Below, in pieces: positions 34,771 to 35,908 of a stretch of 35,908 nt of DNA. Both the position numbers and the translations under genes were made by a program. The stretch's first letter is position 1, and every line of letters starts with the position of its first letter. The stretch lies in contig JBNGIO010004596.1 in the NCBI GenBank assembly GCA_049999805.1, positions 1 to 35,908 of the forward strand, in the 5' to 3' direction. Source of the stretch: Folioceros fuciformis. Its lineage: Eukaryota. The notes under the pieces are model-generated. The model was given only the letters and a program-made list of their open reading frames with translations, was not told the DNA's origin and did not search any database.

Positions 34771-35908
34771 TGCTAAACCAACACAAACTGACGGACTTTA
34801 AATACAAAACTGTGTGTAACCCTAAGTTACATAAATAACCCTTATTAATTATAACCCAAGAGTAGGGTTAAACCTATTCACTAACACTCCGTCTTAACCC
34901 AAGTGCGGGTTAAAGCAGCAGAGCGTGCAAATCATTACGTGTAAGAGCGACCAGTTCCTCGCGGCAGTCCCTTCGAATTCCTCTGTACAGACATGGAGAC
35001 CACGCCTGCTGAGCCATGGAGCCTCCTACTTATAGCCCTCATCACCCCGATCCTTCTGGCAGCAATTGTGGTGAAGAGCACAATGGTGAGATCGAAGAGC
35101 TGCGGGCTCACCAGCCAGAAACGGCCTCGATTACCAAGGGAGCAGGAGGAGACTTGCTACAGCACAGACGAGGAGGACAGTGACCAGCCAGCTCACAAGC
35201 AAGAGTCCAAGCAGGAACATGGTGACAGCAGACAGAGGGCTGAGCACACGGCTCCCTCTGCAATTCCACAACACATCGGTAGCCATGACCCCTGGTGGCC
35301 TAACCATGCTGATAGAAACCTCTTGTGGCACCTCCTCAAAACCTTGGAGAAGTGCGACGAGTTGAAGACTGTTCTGGATTCTGCAAAGGAAAGGAGAAGG
35401 GAGCTGGAGGAACTTATGCAGAAGATGCCATCCACGGATATCCTGGCTCATCCTTTGACTCTAGCCGAATGCTGAGTAGTCATCAGAGAGCTAGAGCTCC
35501 TTGGATACATATATTGCCCACCAGTCTGAAAATTGGTAAGTCTCTGATTTGTTGTTTTGCCACTCACTTTCTGTACTTGGCAGCATCCACGACTAAGTGT
35601 AGCAACTAAGCTTCATCCACTGAATGTTTCAAGTAACTTATACTGACACTCACCCGTATGCAACAAAAAATAGAGGGACAGCACGAGTACATGCCCTGTC
35701 CACAAAGGGCCCAGTGACATTAGCCGAAGACTGGTCCCTGCGAGGACATGTCATTTTCTTGGCAGCTGTGGAGACCACATGGTGGATAGGCCCCTTAGAA
35801 AATGGGTAATATTTGTTTTTTTTAGAGTTTTGATCGAATTCCTTGGAGAGGTAATTAGGAAACTATGTTAGATAAGGCTAGATTAAATAGGATGATCAGG
35901 AGATAGTG
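34771..35908 (-). mobile_element. Probable LTR element nested in LINE ORF1; candidate 116-bp 3' LTR at 34771-34886; element runs off the window
   Basis: Abrupt composition change at 34771. Minus-strand TGTTAG...TTAGCA termini, preceded by the purine-rich TTAAGACGGAG (PPT-like). The second LTR and target duplication are not visible. Confidence 0.5.
34993..35475 (+). CDS. Orphan 160-aa ORF: N-terminal transmembrane segment, acidic linker, C-terminal coiled coil
   Basis: Good start context (GACATGG). Hydrophobic WSLLLIALITPILLAAIVV, acidic YSTDEEDSD, helical LLKTLEKCDELKTVLDSAKERRRELEELM. Confidence 0.5.
   Translation: METTPAEPWSLLLIALITPILLAAIVVKSTMVRSKSCGLTSQKRPRLPREQEETCYSTDEEDSDQPAHKQESKQEHGDSRQRAEHTAPSAIPQHIGSHDPWWPNHADRNLLWHLLKTLEKCDELKTVLDSAKERRRELEELMQKMPSTDILAHPLTLAEC

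Noticed and set aside
35416-35475. MQKMPSTDILAHPLT resembles the copia RNase H end motif (ADxLTK)
   Set aside because: The key Asp and Lys are absent, there are no upstream RNase H motifs, and the orientation conflicts with the inferred PPT.

Overview
Nuclear genome window from a seed-free land plant. The DYW:KP/'DRH' PPR gene, short introns and dense genes suggest a hornwort, though a fern or lycophyte is not excluded. Five genes look intact: a secreted Gnk2/DUF26 protein, a two-exon DUF1685 gene, an F-box/kelch (KFB/KMD-like) gene, a three-exon ANT1/AVT3-type amino-acid transporter, and a 1163-aa PLS-PPR protein. That PPR protein ends in the DYW:KP deaminase variant linked to reverse U-to-C organellar editing and carries an N-terminal OSB-type PDF single-stranded-DNA-binding motif, which is the most interesting signal here. 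Two intron-retaining pseudogenes lie head to head and are not recognisable as single ORFs: a plastid RbgA/DAR-GTPase-3 homolog and an AP-1 sigma adaptin. A full-length Ty1/copia element (192-bp LTRs, CACCT target duplication) sits exactly on a splice acceptor of the GTPase pseudogene and carries an extra intact 178-aa ORF ahead of gag. The window also holds two inverted CRE-like non-LTR fragments (one has seeded a 41-bp minisatellite), a decayed L1/Tx1-type LINE, and a probable short-LTR element nested in that LINE with an antisense membrane-protein ORF. All family assignments come from motif recognition by eye, with no database search.
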